Source: an uncultured Chthonomonadaceae bacterium
GTDB taxonomy: Bacteria; Armatimonadota; Chthonomonadetes; Chthonomonadales; Chthonomonadaceae
Reading direction: 5' to 3'
Assembly (NCBI GenBank): GCA_963817895.1
Contig: CAWFQB010000014.1
Location: 512,001-576,000, forward strand
Length of the DNA: 64,000 bases
The notes beneath the pieces were generated by a model. The model was not told the DNA's origin. It did not search any database and saw nothing but the letters and a program-made list of their open reading frames with translations. Made by a program: the position numbers and the translations under genes. Positions 10,321 to 20,699 of this stretch are shown one piece after another. Positions within the stretch are counted from its first letter, which is position 1. Every line of letters begins with the position of its first letter.

Positions 10321-12445
10321 TCACAGCTGCTTTTGCAGGGTCACGCAGTCCAGCCCGAAATACGTGGCCTTGCCTTTTGCCAGCGGGTTCGCGCCCGCAA
10401 CTTCGACGCGCAACAGCAGTTTGCCGTTTTGGGGCGTGAACGCTCCCAACTCTATCGGCCCGCTTGCCATTGGTTCCGCGCTGTACGCGTCGTAATCCGC
10501 GCCCGCTTTTTGTCCGTTGATGGCAAAGCGCAGAACCGCGTAATCAAAACTCTTTGTGCTGTACAGCGTCACTCTCACAGGCTCATTTCCGGGCGCGGCA
10601 ATTTCCAGTTCGATGTAATCCCCGACTTTCGCGGCCTGAACGAACAACTGTTTGCCGCCGCTCCAGCCGCCCTGCTTCAATCCTCCGCCCTGCGTGGAAG
10701 TTTGTACGCCGGTAGCCGTCGCGTGGATTGGCAGGGTCTCACATTCGATTGCGCCCGCTATCTGAATGACTCCCGGCTTGACGGGAACTGCGCGGACAGG
10801 CAAAACGGCCTCCTGCGGTTGCGGCAAACGGTTGTGTTTTGCGCCTGGACGGGCGTACCAGAAGGTCGCCGCCGCGTAATCCACCTGCGTATCCGCCCAG
10901 TTCCAGATTTCCATATCCATTTTCAGGCCAGTTCGCATGGGGATGCCGTCCAGCAGGCGCAGGCGGGACGTGGTCGTATAGCCGCGCCAGTCGTCACGGT
11001 CGGGCGTGTCGCGCATCGGCGTGGACAGAAACGGCGAACTGAAATACGTCGCCATTCCCCAGGCGTACCCGTAATAATCTTCTGTTCCCGTGCCGATGTG
11101 CGAGGGAAACGTTTCGCCATCCACATACACGCGCTCATCGCCCTCGCCGTACCACTCGCCAACAGGCGTGAACACGCTCAGGGTATCGCCCACGTAAACG
11201 CCCTCGCCCTGAATGTCAATGTAGTTCCAATCGGTATAGGGGCGCGTCTTGATATTCGACTTCGCCGTGCCAGTTGGCATGAAAATACAGGCTGCGGTCA
11301 TCCCAGTGCCAGGGCGCGGTTTCCGCCGATAATTTCACGGCAAGCGGCTTTGTCCCCATATTTTTGAGAGTAATGCGCCCGCTGCGCTGATACGGCATCA
11401 CCCATCGCGCCGTAAATTTGCCATCTTCGACCACGCTGCGATACCAGTCCTGAACGGCATGAAAGCGCGGCCCCGCGCCGAAGAAATCGCCAAGCGGACA
11501 CCACACCGTCTGCTCATCATCAAACGTTGCCTGCACAATCAGCGAACGGACAGCCTGCGGCGCGTCCTTCGGGTCAATCTCCACCTGCAAATGACGCGCC
11601 GCCCGCGACCCGCTTTCCAGTTCCAGCGTTTTCTCACCGCCCGGAGCAAGCAGGGTTGGCGCGTCCGGCTGTTCCACAGAATGTTTCCGGCCTACAGGTT
11701 CCGCAGAAGCGGATTGAGAACTGGACGCTAATAGACTGCCCACGCGCTCTATTGTGGGAGTCGCCGCCTTGAAATCGTCCATAGAAAACGTTTGCACAGC
11801 AGTACCGGGGGCATATGCCCGATAGTTGATGATGTAATAAAACGGCAGGCTGTCCAGCGTGATTTTGCAGTGTTTCGCGAAGGGGATAGGCAGGTACATG
11901 TCGCCCGCAATGCCGCGCAGGGTTTTGGGAGCCGTTTCCTTTTGCCTGCGAACGTTCGTATCATTCCACGCCACAAACGCGAACGGCGGCGGCACAAAGC
12001 CCCGCCCGCCAAGCAGGTCGTTGAACTTCGCGGCAATGGCTGGCTCGGTGTCGCCATCGAAATAAAAGCGGATGATCTGATTGTCGCGGTCAGCGAGGAG
12101 AGGCAGCCAGAAGCGCGTGATCGCTCCCGGCCCCGCATCGTCCATTATCACCCATTCTCGCCGTCCCTCGTGGACTTCGGTTCGGAGGAACTGTTCCAGA
12201 TCGTGATTGGAGTGCCAGGCAGCCCGGTTGCCGGGATCGCGCTTCTCAATATCGTGACTGCTCGCCTGTTTCAGCGTATAGGCAGGGGAAGGGCGTTTCG
12301 CCACCGCGTCACGATCAACCATTTCCCCCAGCAAAGACGTCAATGTCACGCGCTTCGGCGCGCTTCCCGCCCCTGCCGGCAACAAACTCGCAAGAATGCA
12401 ACCCATCAGCAGTACGCCCGGCACAATCCGTTTTAATAATATCAA
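10321..12445 (-). CDS. DUF2961 (GH172-like) secreted glycoside hydrolase (frameshift near 11260)
   Basis: GPGAITRFW, GEGDERVYVDGE, GTGTEDYYG; signal peptide; two overlapping ORFs. Confidence 0.8.
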
Positions 12446-12461
12446 TTGCCCGCCTCCATCG

Positions 12462-13241
12462 TCAAGAATTATTTAGCCCCTGCTTCAGCCGCTTTGCAAT
12501 CTCGAGCGCATCGCCGGTCGCCGCGCCCAGGGCGGTATTGTCGAAGATGCACCACGCGGGACTGGATGGCAGCGCGTCTTTCAAATTTTGCGCCAGCGTT
12601 TTCAGGGATTCCTCGGAATAGGCCGAATAGTACATGCGTGGCGAACCGTGCAGCCGATAGTACGCCATGCCCCGCCACCCACCTGGCTTCGCCGCTTGCG
12701 GAACGGGCGCGGGATCGGCGGCGACACGGGCAATATGGAAGTCCATCAAAATCTGCGTCGCTTCCGTTCTGAACCAATCAGCGTGTCGGGGTTCACAAAC
12801 AACATTGCCCGCAAAACGTTCGCGCAGTTCGCTAAAGAATGATTGGGCAATTTGCGTCTCAAATCCCAGACTCGGCGGAAGCTGAACCAGCAACGGCCCC
12901 AACTTATCTCCCAACCCGGACACTTCCGCGAGAAAGCGCTCAAGTGGCGCGTCCGCGCCGACAAGTTTAAGCTGATGCGTGATCTCTTTCGGAACCTTGA
13001 CGGCGAAGCGAAAGTCTGCGTATACGGACGCCGCCCAACGCGCATACGTAGATTGACGATGCGGCCTGTAAAAAGAAGAGTTGATTTCTACCCCGGCAAA
13101 ACGCTGCCCGTAGCGCGTAAGATGCGTCCCCTCCTGGGGAAATTCCTCCGCGTACTCCTTTGGCAGCGACCAACCGGCCGTGCCAATATACACGGGAGAA
13201 TGATTCGCGCCCTCAATTGTGGCAGTCTGATCTATTTCCAA
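12462..13241 (-). CDS. DUF72 (YecE-like) protein
   Basis: IGTAGW, VEINSSFY, FAVKVPKEITH, QLPPS, RLHG, IFDN. Confidence 0.9.
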   Translation of the reverse strand: MEIDQTATIEGANHSPVYIGTAGWSLPKEYAEEFPQEGTHLTRYGQRFAGVEINSSFYRPHRQSTYARWAASVYADFRFAVKVPKEITHQLKLVGADAPLERFLAEVSGLGDKLGPLLVQLPPSLGFETQIAQSFFSELRERFAGNVVCEPRHADWFRTEATQILMDFHIARVAADPAPVPQAAKPGGWRGMAYYRLHGSPRMYYSAYSEESLKTLAQNLKDALPSSPAWCIFDNTALGAATGDALEIAKRLKQGLNNS

Positions 13242-13259
13242 TTTCCTCCCACAACCGCC

Positions 13260-14159
13260 TTATTTGGTTTTCCAGATTTCGGTAATGGGACGCGCCTTCC
13301 CGGTTGCGCCGAGCAGTGGCAGGCCATACATCTCTTCTATAGTTCGCAGCAGATTGTGATGATTGTACGTTTGCTTGTACACTCCGGGCTGAACCATTTG
13401 GCCTACCATAATGGTTGGGATATGGTTACGCGCCGGATTATAACGCAGTAAATGGTTGTCCTCATCCCAGGTGACGATGAGCAGGCTGTTGTGGGTTTTG
13501 GCCCACTCGACATACCCGTTGAGATGCTGCTGTAACCAGGTGTCGGCCTGCGTGATGCGCTGCGGATCGTGTCCATTGTGCATATCGTCCCACAGGTTGG
13601 GAATCACAAAGGCGACGGTAGGCAGGGTTTCGTAGCGCGTGGGGAACGCGGTAAGCGGCTGGCTGAACTGTGGGTCTACATCCGCAAAATCTACCCAGGG
13701 GCAGTGCTTGCGGGCATAGGAGGGTATTCTTACCGGAGCAAAGACATCGGGCGCTCCGACGCGCGGCAAGTCTTCCGCATACCCTCGAAACGTCAAACCC
13801 GCTTTTATCAGCGAACCGCCCAAACTGGGAACCGTCAGGCGCGTGGCAGGGACGCTATCATTCCATATCCCCTGATTGGAACCCGAAAAAATCTCAATAT
13901 AGTTGGGCTGGCTGGGATGGTGAAAAGAGAGGAAATCGGAGAACGACGCGCCCTGTTTCGCAAGAGAATTCAGATACGGCGCGGCGGCAGACCCGATGAT
14001 CTGACCATACGCCTTGTTCTCTTCAATCACCACAATCACATGGTCGGGTTTTGGCAGATGCGTTTGCGCCGCGCATGGAGGGGCGGAAAGGCGCAGCAAC
14101 AGGGTGAGGAGCGACAAGCGAACAAGCAAAAGGCGATAAATCGGCGGAGCAGTTTTCAT
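13260..14159 (-). CDS. Secreted phosphoesterase (acid phosphatase/SapM-like)
   Basis: VVIEEN, HPSQPNY, YARKHCPW, DMHNG, VTWDED. Confidence 0.85.
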   Translation of the reverse strand: MKTAPPIYRLLLVRLSLLTLLLRLSAPPCAAQTHLPKPDHVIVVIEENKAYGQIIGSAAAPYLNSLAKQGASFSDFLSFHHPSQPNYIEIFSGSNQGIWNDSVPATRLTVPSLGGSLIKAGLTFRGYAEDLPRVGAPDVFAPVRIPSYARKHCPWVDFADVDPQFSQPLTAFPTRYETLPTVAFVIPNLWDDMHNGHDPQRITQADTWLQQHLNGYVEWAKTHNSLLIVTWDEDNHLLRYNPARNHIPTIMVGQMVQPGVYKQTYNHHNLLRTIEEMYGLPLLGATGKARPITEIWKTK

Positions 14160-14351
14160 TCGTCCGTCAGCCTTTTGTGAGTAGTGGAATTGACAGGTTA
14201 TTTTCATAGCGTTTTGATTCCACATTCGGCAGGAGAATCCCTGCTTACGAGGCAACAATTGGCGACAAAGCGACATTCTCGCAGGAATTTGCGGTTACGG
14301 CATCGAACTTCGCTCCCATCACAACACCATTTTGAGGTTATCACATACTCT

Positions 14352-15332
14352 ATGAACCGACCACCCGCCGAATACGCGCTGCTATCCGCCGATGAACTGC
14401 GCTCGTTTATCACACAGGTATTTACGCATGTTTCCATGCCTGAAGAAAAGGCCGCTTTTCTCGCCGATCTCCTCGTTACGAACGATCTGCGCGGCGTTTT
14501 CAGTCACGGCACGCAGCAGACGCCCCGCTACGTCCAGCACTTCCAGCAGGGTGAATTGACGCCCACACCTGAAATTACCACGATTGCGGAAACGCCAACC
14601 ACGCTTGTTCTCAATGGCGGCGGCGGATTGGGCTATTTTTCCTGTCATCAGGCCGTGACGCGCCTGACCGTCAAAGCGCGAGAGTCCGGCATTGCCGTCG
14701 CCACCACGCGCAATCACGGGCATTTCGGCGCGGCGGGCATTTACGCCCGTATTCCGCTTGCGCAGGATTTCTTTTGTTATGTCACGTCGGGCCATCAGCT
14801 AAACCTGCATCCGGGCGATTTCGTCATGTCGGCGGCGGGCGGTTCCCCGATGGCCTTCGGTATTCCCACCGGAGAAGAACCACCCTTTGTCCTTGATTTC
14901 GGCGCTATCCACGATATGTACCTGGGGCCGGAAGCCATGAAGCCAATTCTGGAACTCGCGCCCAGTACCGTTCTGCGCAGTTTCGGGATGGGATGCGCCT
15001 GCCAGGCGCTTGGCGGGCTGCTGTGCGGCGTCCCGCTCGATACGGAACGGGCGCAGCGCCAGTGGCCGGGAGCCAATCAGGGCAGTTTCATGATTGTTGT
15101 GGACATCAGCAAACTGTTTCCGCTCGAACAATTCAAACACGAAATGGACGAATACGCGCGCCGGGTGCGGCAACTGATGCCCTTTTCGGGAGTGGAACAC
15201 GCGCGCCTGCCGGGAGCGGTGGAATGGGAACGCGAACAGCGCAGCAAGCAAGAGGGCATTCCAATCGGGCAGCAACACGCGGAAGCCCTGCGCAAGTTGG
15301 CTGTAGAATTTCATCTTCCGACGCCACTTTAG
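14352..15332 (+). CDS. Ldh_2 (malate/L-lactate/L-sulfolactate dehydrogenase-like) oxidoreductase
   Basis: DLRGVFSHG, RNHGHFGAAG, RLPG. Confidence 0.85.
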   Translation: MNRPPAEYALLSADELRSFITQVFTHVSMPEEKAAFLADLLVTNDLRGVFSHGTQQTPRYVQHFQQGELTPTPEITTIAETPTTLVLNGGGGLGYFSCHQAVTRLTVKARESGIAVATTRNHGHFGAAGIYARIPLAQDFFCYVTSGHQLNLHPGDFVMSAAGGSPMAFGIPTGEEPPFVLDFGAIHDMYLGPEAMKPILELAPSTVLRSFGMGCACQALGGLLCGVPLDTERAQRQWPGANQGSFMIVVDISKLFPLEQFKHEMDEYARRVRQLMPFSGVEHARLPGAVEWEREQRSKQEGIPIGQQHAEALRKLAVEFHLPTPL

Positions 15333-15380
15333 AAACGTTAGCATCCAACTAATAACCTAATCTTCCGCAAAACCATCAAC

Positions 15381-15479
15381 GTAGGGACACATCTTGTTGT
15401 GTCCGCCCCCGGCAGAGAATAGCCCGCATACAGCCGGACACAACCGGACACAACCGGACATAACAAGTTGTGTCCCTAC
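15381..15479. repeat. GTAG-type REP doublet with an internal 10-mer tandem array
   Basis: gtagggacacatcttgttgtgtcc ... (ccggacacaa)n ... ggacataacaagttgtgtccctac. Confidence 0.75.
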
Positions 15480-15529
15480 GAGCGTTTGTTTATACATGAC
15501 TTGATTTAGAAAACCACACTCAAGAAGGT

Positions 15530-16792
15530 ATGAGGCAATCATTGGGTATTGAAACATCAAGACGAGAATTTGTGCAGGGATGCTTGATCTCTCCGTTGGC
15601 CCTTTCATCACTGCCAGGGGCAGAAGCGCAGGAGTTTGTTCCGGCTGCGCGTCCAAAACTGGCGGTAATTTTAACGCAGTACGGCGCGACCAGTCACGGG
15701 CTTTGCTACTGCACAAAATTTCTGGAAGGCAAGCAATTCGATGACCATTTTGAGCCGCCGCGCTGTGATGTGGCGGCGATTCATCTGATGGAAATCGCTT
15801 CCAACGACATCGGGATTGCCACCGCAAAGCAGCATAATGTGCCGATGTACCCCTCCGTAGCAACCGCGCTGTGTCAGGGCGGGGATACGCTGGCTGTGGA
15901 TGGCGTCGTGATTGTCGGGGAGCATGGAACGTATCCCCTTAATGCGAAGGGACAGCAGTTGTACCCGCGCCGGGAATTGTTCGATCAGGTTGTCAATGTG
16001 TTCCGACAGTCCGGGCGCGTCGTGCCGGTCTTCAACGACAAGCATCTGAGCTGGAACTGGACATGGGCCAAATACATGTGGCGAACCGTTCAGAACATGA
16101 AAATTCCCTACATGGCGGGGAGCAGTCTGCCGTTCTCGAAGTTTGAGCCGCTTGTTGCCCTGCCCCATCACGCGAAATTAGATCATGTTATCGCGCTCGG
16201 CTACGGCGGATTGGAAGCGTATGGCTTTCACGCGCTGGAAACGGGCCAGCATATCGTGGAGTGTCGGGCGGGCGGCGAGGTGGGGGTAAGAAGCGTGCAG
16301 GTTCTTTCCGGGCAAGACGTTTGGGACGCCCACAATGCGGGACGATGGCCTAAAGAGATTGCTGAAGCCATGTTCGCAGCCGTGAAACAACCGGCAGGCA
16401 AGCCCCAAACTTCCACAAACGATGTTCAAGCGTTCGATATCACTTACCGCGACGGCCAGCGCATGACGGTTTTGATGCTGAACGGCTACTCGCAGGAGTT
16501 CGCGTTCGCGTACCGGGTCAAGGGCGCATCGGAAATCACTGCCGCGTCCTACCGTTTGGACGACCCGCCCCGCTTAAAGCACTTTTCCGCTACAGTCCGC
16601 GCGCTGGAAGAGATGTACCTTTCCGGCAAGCCGACAGCGGCATCCGGCGAACGAACTTATCTGACAACGGGCATTCTCGCGTATGGCATGGAGAGTCATT
16701 ACAAAGGCGGAATCAAACTCGACACGCCCGACCTGAACATCGCGTACAAACCCATGCCCGTACCCGCCCACTGGAAAGAGGTCATGCGATAG
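15530..16792 (+). CDS. Tat-exported Gfo/Idh/MocA-like oxidoreductase
   Basis: SRREFV twin-arginine; VDGVVIVGEHG; DKHLS; YGFHALE. Confidence 0.65.
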   Translation: MRQSLGIETSRREFVQGCLISPLALSSLPGAEAQEFVPAARPKLAVILTQYGATSHGLCYCTKFLEGKQFDDHFEPPRCDVAAIHLMEIASNDIGIATAKQHNVPMYPSVATALCQGGDTLAVDGVVIVGEHGTYPLNAKGQQLYPRRELFDQVVNVFRQSGRVVPVFNDKHLSWNWTWAKYMWRTVQNMKIPYMAGSSLPFSKFEPLVALPHHAKLDHVIALGYGGLEAYGFHALETGQHIVECRAGGEVGVRSVQVLSGQDVWDAHNAGRWPKEIAEAMFAAVKQPAGKPQTSTNDVQAFDITYRDGQRMTVLMLNGYSQEFAFAYRVKGASEITAASYRLDDPPRLKHFSATVRALEEMYLSGKPTAASGERTYLTTGILAYGMESHYKGGIKLDTPDLNIAYKPMPVPAHWKEVMR

Positions 16793-16844
16793 CGGGAAGA
16801 GGGGGATATATGTTCTCTGCATATCCAACGCAACGGGAGATGAA

Positions 16845-17717
16845 TCACCTTGCCCGGTTAAGATACATCTGGGCAAAGGCTACGAGCGCGAGGATGGCGA
16901 ACCAGAGCCAGCCCTGCCGCAGCCGTGACACATTCGTTACTTTATTCGACCACGCGAATATTGAAAACAGGGTGGCGACGGTTACGAGCAGGAGGAACTC
17001 GCGGGGCAAAACCCCCTGCCAGCACAAACCATACGCGCCCAGTAATCCTGTCCCCGTACACGCCATGCCCGCCCACTCTGCGCGAGGCGGGGCGATACGA
17101 TAACCAAGTTTGCGATCCCGTTCCCGCAGCAACACCCGTGACCGAGTAGACGCGCCCAGATGCAGGCTCACGAAAACCAGGTACCCCAGCGCGGTAACAG
17201 AATGGGTTCCCCACAACGCCCCACATTCCAGCCGTAAAATCGGGTTGAGCATCCCGCTCAATAACAGCACCGCCCACCAGTACCGCTTGCCCCGGATTGG
17301 CGGCATACAGTACGCTAATTGGCCGAGCGCCATCAGCAGGCACAATCCCCCTAATTTCAGCGACAAACACCCCGCGCTCGCGCATACGACACCGCACGAG
17401 GTCAGCAACAGCAGACGCATTTTTCGAGCCACCAGCATCTGATGCTCATGCATCAAATCGGTAGCTTCGTTAATGGCGTAAAGAATCGTCCACAGCGCGG
17501 CAGTGACAATCATCGTCAATCCCACGCCCGGCTGATTGAATTGCCCGCCCGCCATATAAACGCCCAAAGCCACCATGATCGGCGTTTTCGCGATTACCGG
17601 CAGACGGTGCGCAGGCAGCAATTGCGCCCACGTCGCGCGATTGGCATCCACCACAGCGTAGCTGTGCGCGTGGGATTCTAAGGAAATAGAAAAGGGGGAG
17701 AAGTTTTCGCTCTGCAT
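16845..17717 (-). CDS. UbiA-family prenyltransferase-like membrane protein
   Basis: Multiple TM segments; YAINEATD; AYCMPPIRGKR. Confidence 0.55.
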   Translation of the reverse strand: MQSENFSPFSISLESHAHSYAVVDANRATWAQLLPAHRLPVIAKTPIMVALGVYMAGGQFNQPGVGLTMIVTAALWTILYAINEATDLMHEHQMLVARKMRLLLLTSCGVVCASAGCLSLKLGGLCLLMALGQLAYCMPPIRGKRYWWAVLLLSGMLNPILRLECGALWGTHSVTALGYLVFVSLHLGASTRSRVLLRERDRKLGYRIAPPRAEWAGMACTGTGLLGAYGLCWQGVLPREFLLLVTVATLFSIFAWSNKVTNVSRLRQGWLWFAILALVAFAQMYLNRAR

Positions 17718-17766
17718 TTGTAGCAGGATACCCGATGAAAGCCGTATTTGTGAAGAGAGGAGAAGA

Positions 17767-17835
17767 AGATACGAGATAGAGAGATACGAGATACAAGAAT
17801 GAATTCATCAACTCGTATCTCGTATCTCCTATCTT
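17767..17835. repeat. Inverted heptamer arrays (AGATACG)n / (CGTATCT)n
   Basis: Seen directly; same family at 55212-55285. Confidence 0.8.
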
Positions 17836-17837
17836 AC

Positions 17838-18932
17838 CTAACTGATTTTGGTCGTGCCGGTTGTAGTTGTCGTACCCGCAATCTGCTCCACTTCCACGTC
17901 TGTGCGGCGAACCGTGTCATGGACGGTTTCCGTGCGCTGTGTGGCTTCCTTGCCGACAACCACTTCCTCGACGATACGCGCTTCTTTGGCGACGACGGGG
18001 ACTTCCGCCGTTTCCGTAACTTCGATGACGCCCTCTTTGAAGGCCGCCATGTCGGAAGTGTTGATGGCGCGGTCTACGGGGCGGCGCTCAATCGTGACAT
18101 GCTCTTCACGCAGGTTGATGCTCTCCTGTACCGGCGTTTCCGTGACGCGGGTATAGACGCGGACGCCGCCACTCTGCACTTCCCGCTTGCCAAGCGCGAT
18201 TTGTTCCTCAATCACGGGTAGAACGGTTTCGCCCTGAGCATTTACGCGGCGTTCCGTATCCACAACTCCGAGATTTGCGCTGACGTGTTCGGTTGTGACG
18301 GGCGCGGCGGCAATGGTGGACGCGCGGACACGTTCGCGCTCTGCCGTCAGTTCTGCCGCGCTGTACGGCTGTAAATTCTCGTGAAAGCCCGTGTAGCCCG
18401 ACTGCTGATAATAGGAGGCCCGGTGATTGATGTCAACCGCGCCGTTCCGGTTCAGAACCTCGATTACGCTTTGCACCAGATTATCCGCTGCGGAAACCGT
18501 GACCAGCGTACCGCCCCGGCGTATGCCTTCCGCGAAGTAACCCGCATGTTCTTCTGGAACGCCCATATCGGTCAATGCGCCGAACAGACTGCCCGTTGTC
18601 GCTCCTGTTGCCGCGCCAACGCCCGCGCCCGTCAAACCGGCGACCAGCGGACCGGCTGCCGCAAGCGGGCCAAGTCCCGGTATCGCCAGCAAGCCCAATC
18701 CAAGCAGGATGCCGCCGATGCCGCCTGCGGTTGCGCCCACATTCGCGCCGTGTCCTGCCGGCGGCGTTCCATAATTCTTGCCCGCCGTGTCGCGCCACGT
18801 TGTATACTGATCGTTGGAGTTGTTGGCAACCACGCTGATGCTGCTTTGCGGCACGCCCATCGTTTCCAGTTCGCGCACGGCGGCTTCCGCCTGGCTGAAT
18901 TCGTCGAATAGTCCTATCACGGTCTGTGACAT
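17838..18932 (-). CDS. YsnF/AvaK (DUF2382) stress protein with N-terminal Gly-rich general-stress domain
   Basis: VIGLFD, Gly-zipper, KREVQSGGVRV, VVAKEARIVEEV. Confidence 0.85.
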   Translation of the reverse strand: MSQTVIGLFDEFSQAEAAVRELETMGVPQSSISVVANNSNDQYTTWRDTAGKNYGTPPAGHGANVGATAGGIGGILLGLGLLAIPGLGPLAAAGPLVAGLTGAGVGAATGATTGSLFGALTDMGVPEEHAGYFAEGIRRGGTLVTVSAADNLVQSVIEVLNRNGAVDINHRASYYQQSGYTGFHENLQPYSAAELTAERERVRASTIAAAPVTTEHVSANLGVVDTERRVNAQGETVLPVIEEQIALGKREVQSGGVRVYTRVTETPVQESINLREEHVTIERRPVDRAINTSDMAAFKEGVIEVTETAEVPVVAKEARIVEEVVVGKEATQRTETVHDTVRRTDVEVEQIAGTTTTTGTTKIS

Positions 18933-19010
18933 GAGAGTTGCTCCTGTATTGTGTTGTGTATTGAGTTGTATGTCCAGACGCCGAGCCTTTCGGCGTCTGG
19001 ACGGCGCAAT

Positions 19011-19752
19011 TTAAATTTCCGAGGCCACTGCATTTACATCAGCCGAAACGGGCTGATTCGTGGCAAAACGTTCGATCTGCGCGTCTTCACGACGCAGAAT
19101 AACCTGCTGTGGCTGATGAATTTCTTCGCGCGTCATGCGAATGTGCAATTCTTCCCGCAGCATCAGGCGCTTTTCAACGACAAGCACCTCTTCCAGAATC
19201 GGGACAATCAGCACTTCGCCTTCGCGCCGCACTTCGGGGGGCGTGTCCATCACGCGATTTACCGCCACGCGCTCCACCTCAACACGGTCGGAAATCAGCG
19301 GCACATCTGCCGTCTCTTCGCGCTCGGTAACAGTCTTGGTGATGCGAACCTTACCCGTTTCCACGACGCGCTTTCCAATGGCAACCCGCTCTTCCGCAAG
19401 GGGAATCACGATTTCACCTTCAACCGAACGAGACTGATGTTCCAGTGCCTGAACTCCCGCCTGTTCGCTTATGATGTTGGCGGCAGTAACGCCGGAAGCC
19501 TGCCCCGTTGCGGTTGCAGTGAGCGTCGCCGAACCGGCGGAAGCTGTCAGGAACTCCGACAATGCGAACGGCAGGTAAAAGGAGCCATCGGCGCGGGCTG
19601 CCAGCACCGATTGCGGCACAAGCAGTTTTTGCCCGTTTTCCAGCCGTACTCCCACCATTCCATTTGCGTTGTTTTGAGCATCAGGCCAAGACTTCAACAA
19701 CGCCCCGCTGCCCGTTCGCGTCGGTCACAACTCTAGTATCCGCCTGATTCAT
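19011..19752 (-). CDS. YsnF/AvaK (DUF2382) protein (probable frameshift near 19700)
   Basis: IPLAEER, KRVVETGKVRI, VPILEEVLVVEKRLML. Confidence 0.8.
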
Positions 19753-19928
19753 GCTGGTTCCTTCCGGCTGCTATGCCTTTTTTCAGGTGAGGGTTGATGT
19801 TCGCGGGGCGGGCGTTTCACGCGATTGTTAATACCGCTTCGCCCACCCTGAACTTTCTGTAAACCGGTATGCAGACGCGAATGGCGGGCAGGGTGTTCCC
19901 TTAATGCAAGCAATCCTGCGGTTTGGTT

Positions 19929-20651
19929 TCAGGCATTGTCGAACATTTCAAGGGGTTTGTCTATATCGTCTTCGGGCGCGGGCTGCCAGTCCGGCGGCGT
20001 GACCGGGCCGTAAAGCGCGTGGGGATGCCCATCCCGATACGCCCATCCCTGATCGCCGTAACTCCAGTGCCAGAACTCGCTCGGATAATTGGTAATGCCG
20101 GTGGAAAGCAGCGCTTCCGCCATTATGTCGCGGTTTGTACGCGCCGTTTCAGACAGGCCGGACGCGCTAAACAAAGCCGAGTGCGGATCGTAGGGATCGA
20201 ACGGGCCGGTATGGTCAAGGGCGTTGCCATCGCTGTCGGCAAGCATTAAATCAACCGCCCCGCCCGTCGTGTGCGGCGGCGGAACCTGCTTGTTCAGGGG
20301 CGCGCTGAAACGGTTTACGGTTCGCGTCAACCGCGTTTCCGACCAATCGGGATGCAGGGTTTGAAACCGGGCGCGAACCGCCTGATACATCCGCCGCTGA
20401 ATATACGGAGCGCGCCAGCCTTCGATGATGGCAAGCCTGTACCCTGTCGGCAGATTGCGGTTCGCCTGACACAGTTTCTCCGCCATGCTCCGCCGCAGCA
20501 GCGTTTCGCGCCGATAGTGAAAACGCGCCTTATCCAGAATCAGTTCCGGGCAAAATTCCAGAAAGTTGACCAGTTCCTCGCCGTTTTCTACAATCTTGAC
20601 ATACCGCAACTGGCTGACCGGCTCCGCCGGTGAAATCTTCTCCGACCGCAT
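19929..20651 (-). CDS. M15-family D-Ala-D-Ala dipeptidase (VanX-like)
   Basis: EGWR, PPHTTGGAVD, EFWHWSYGD. Confidence 0.88.
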   Translation of the reverse strand: MRSEKISPAEPVSQLRYVKIVENGEELVNFLEFCPELILDKARFHYRRETLLRRSMAEKLCQANRNLPTGYRLAIIEGWRAPYIQRRMYQAVRARFQTLHPDWSETRLTRTVNRFSAPLNKQVPPPHTTGGAVDLMLADSDGNALDHTGPFDPYDPHSALFSASGLSETARTNRDIMAEALLSTGITNYPSEFWHWSYGDQGWAYRDGHPHALYGPVTPPDWQPAPEDDIDKPLEMFDNA

Positions 20652-20699
20652 ACGCCACTCCTATCAAATACCACTGTTTCGCGGTTTCTATATCCTGAT

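Noticed and set aside
15381..15479. Possible CRISPR array, here and at other short repeats
   Set aside because: No constant repeats separated by unique 30-40 bp spacers and no cas genes; the repeats are tandem or inverted
19929..20651. VanX-like peptidase as a vancomycin-resistance gene or an EgtC substitute
   Set aside because: No vanHA or vanRS genes; M15 chemistry differs from the Ntn-hydrolase EgtC; adjacency alone is not enough
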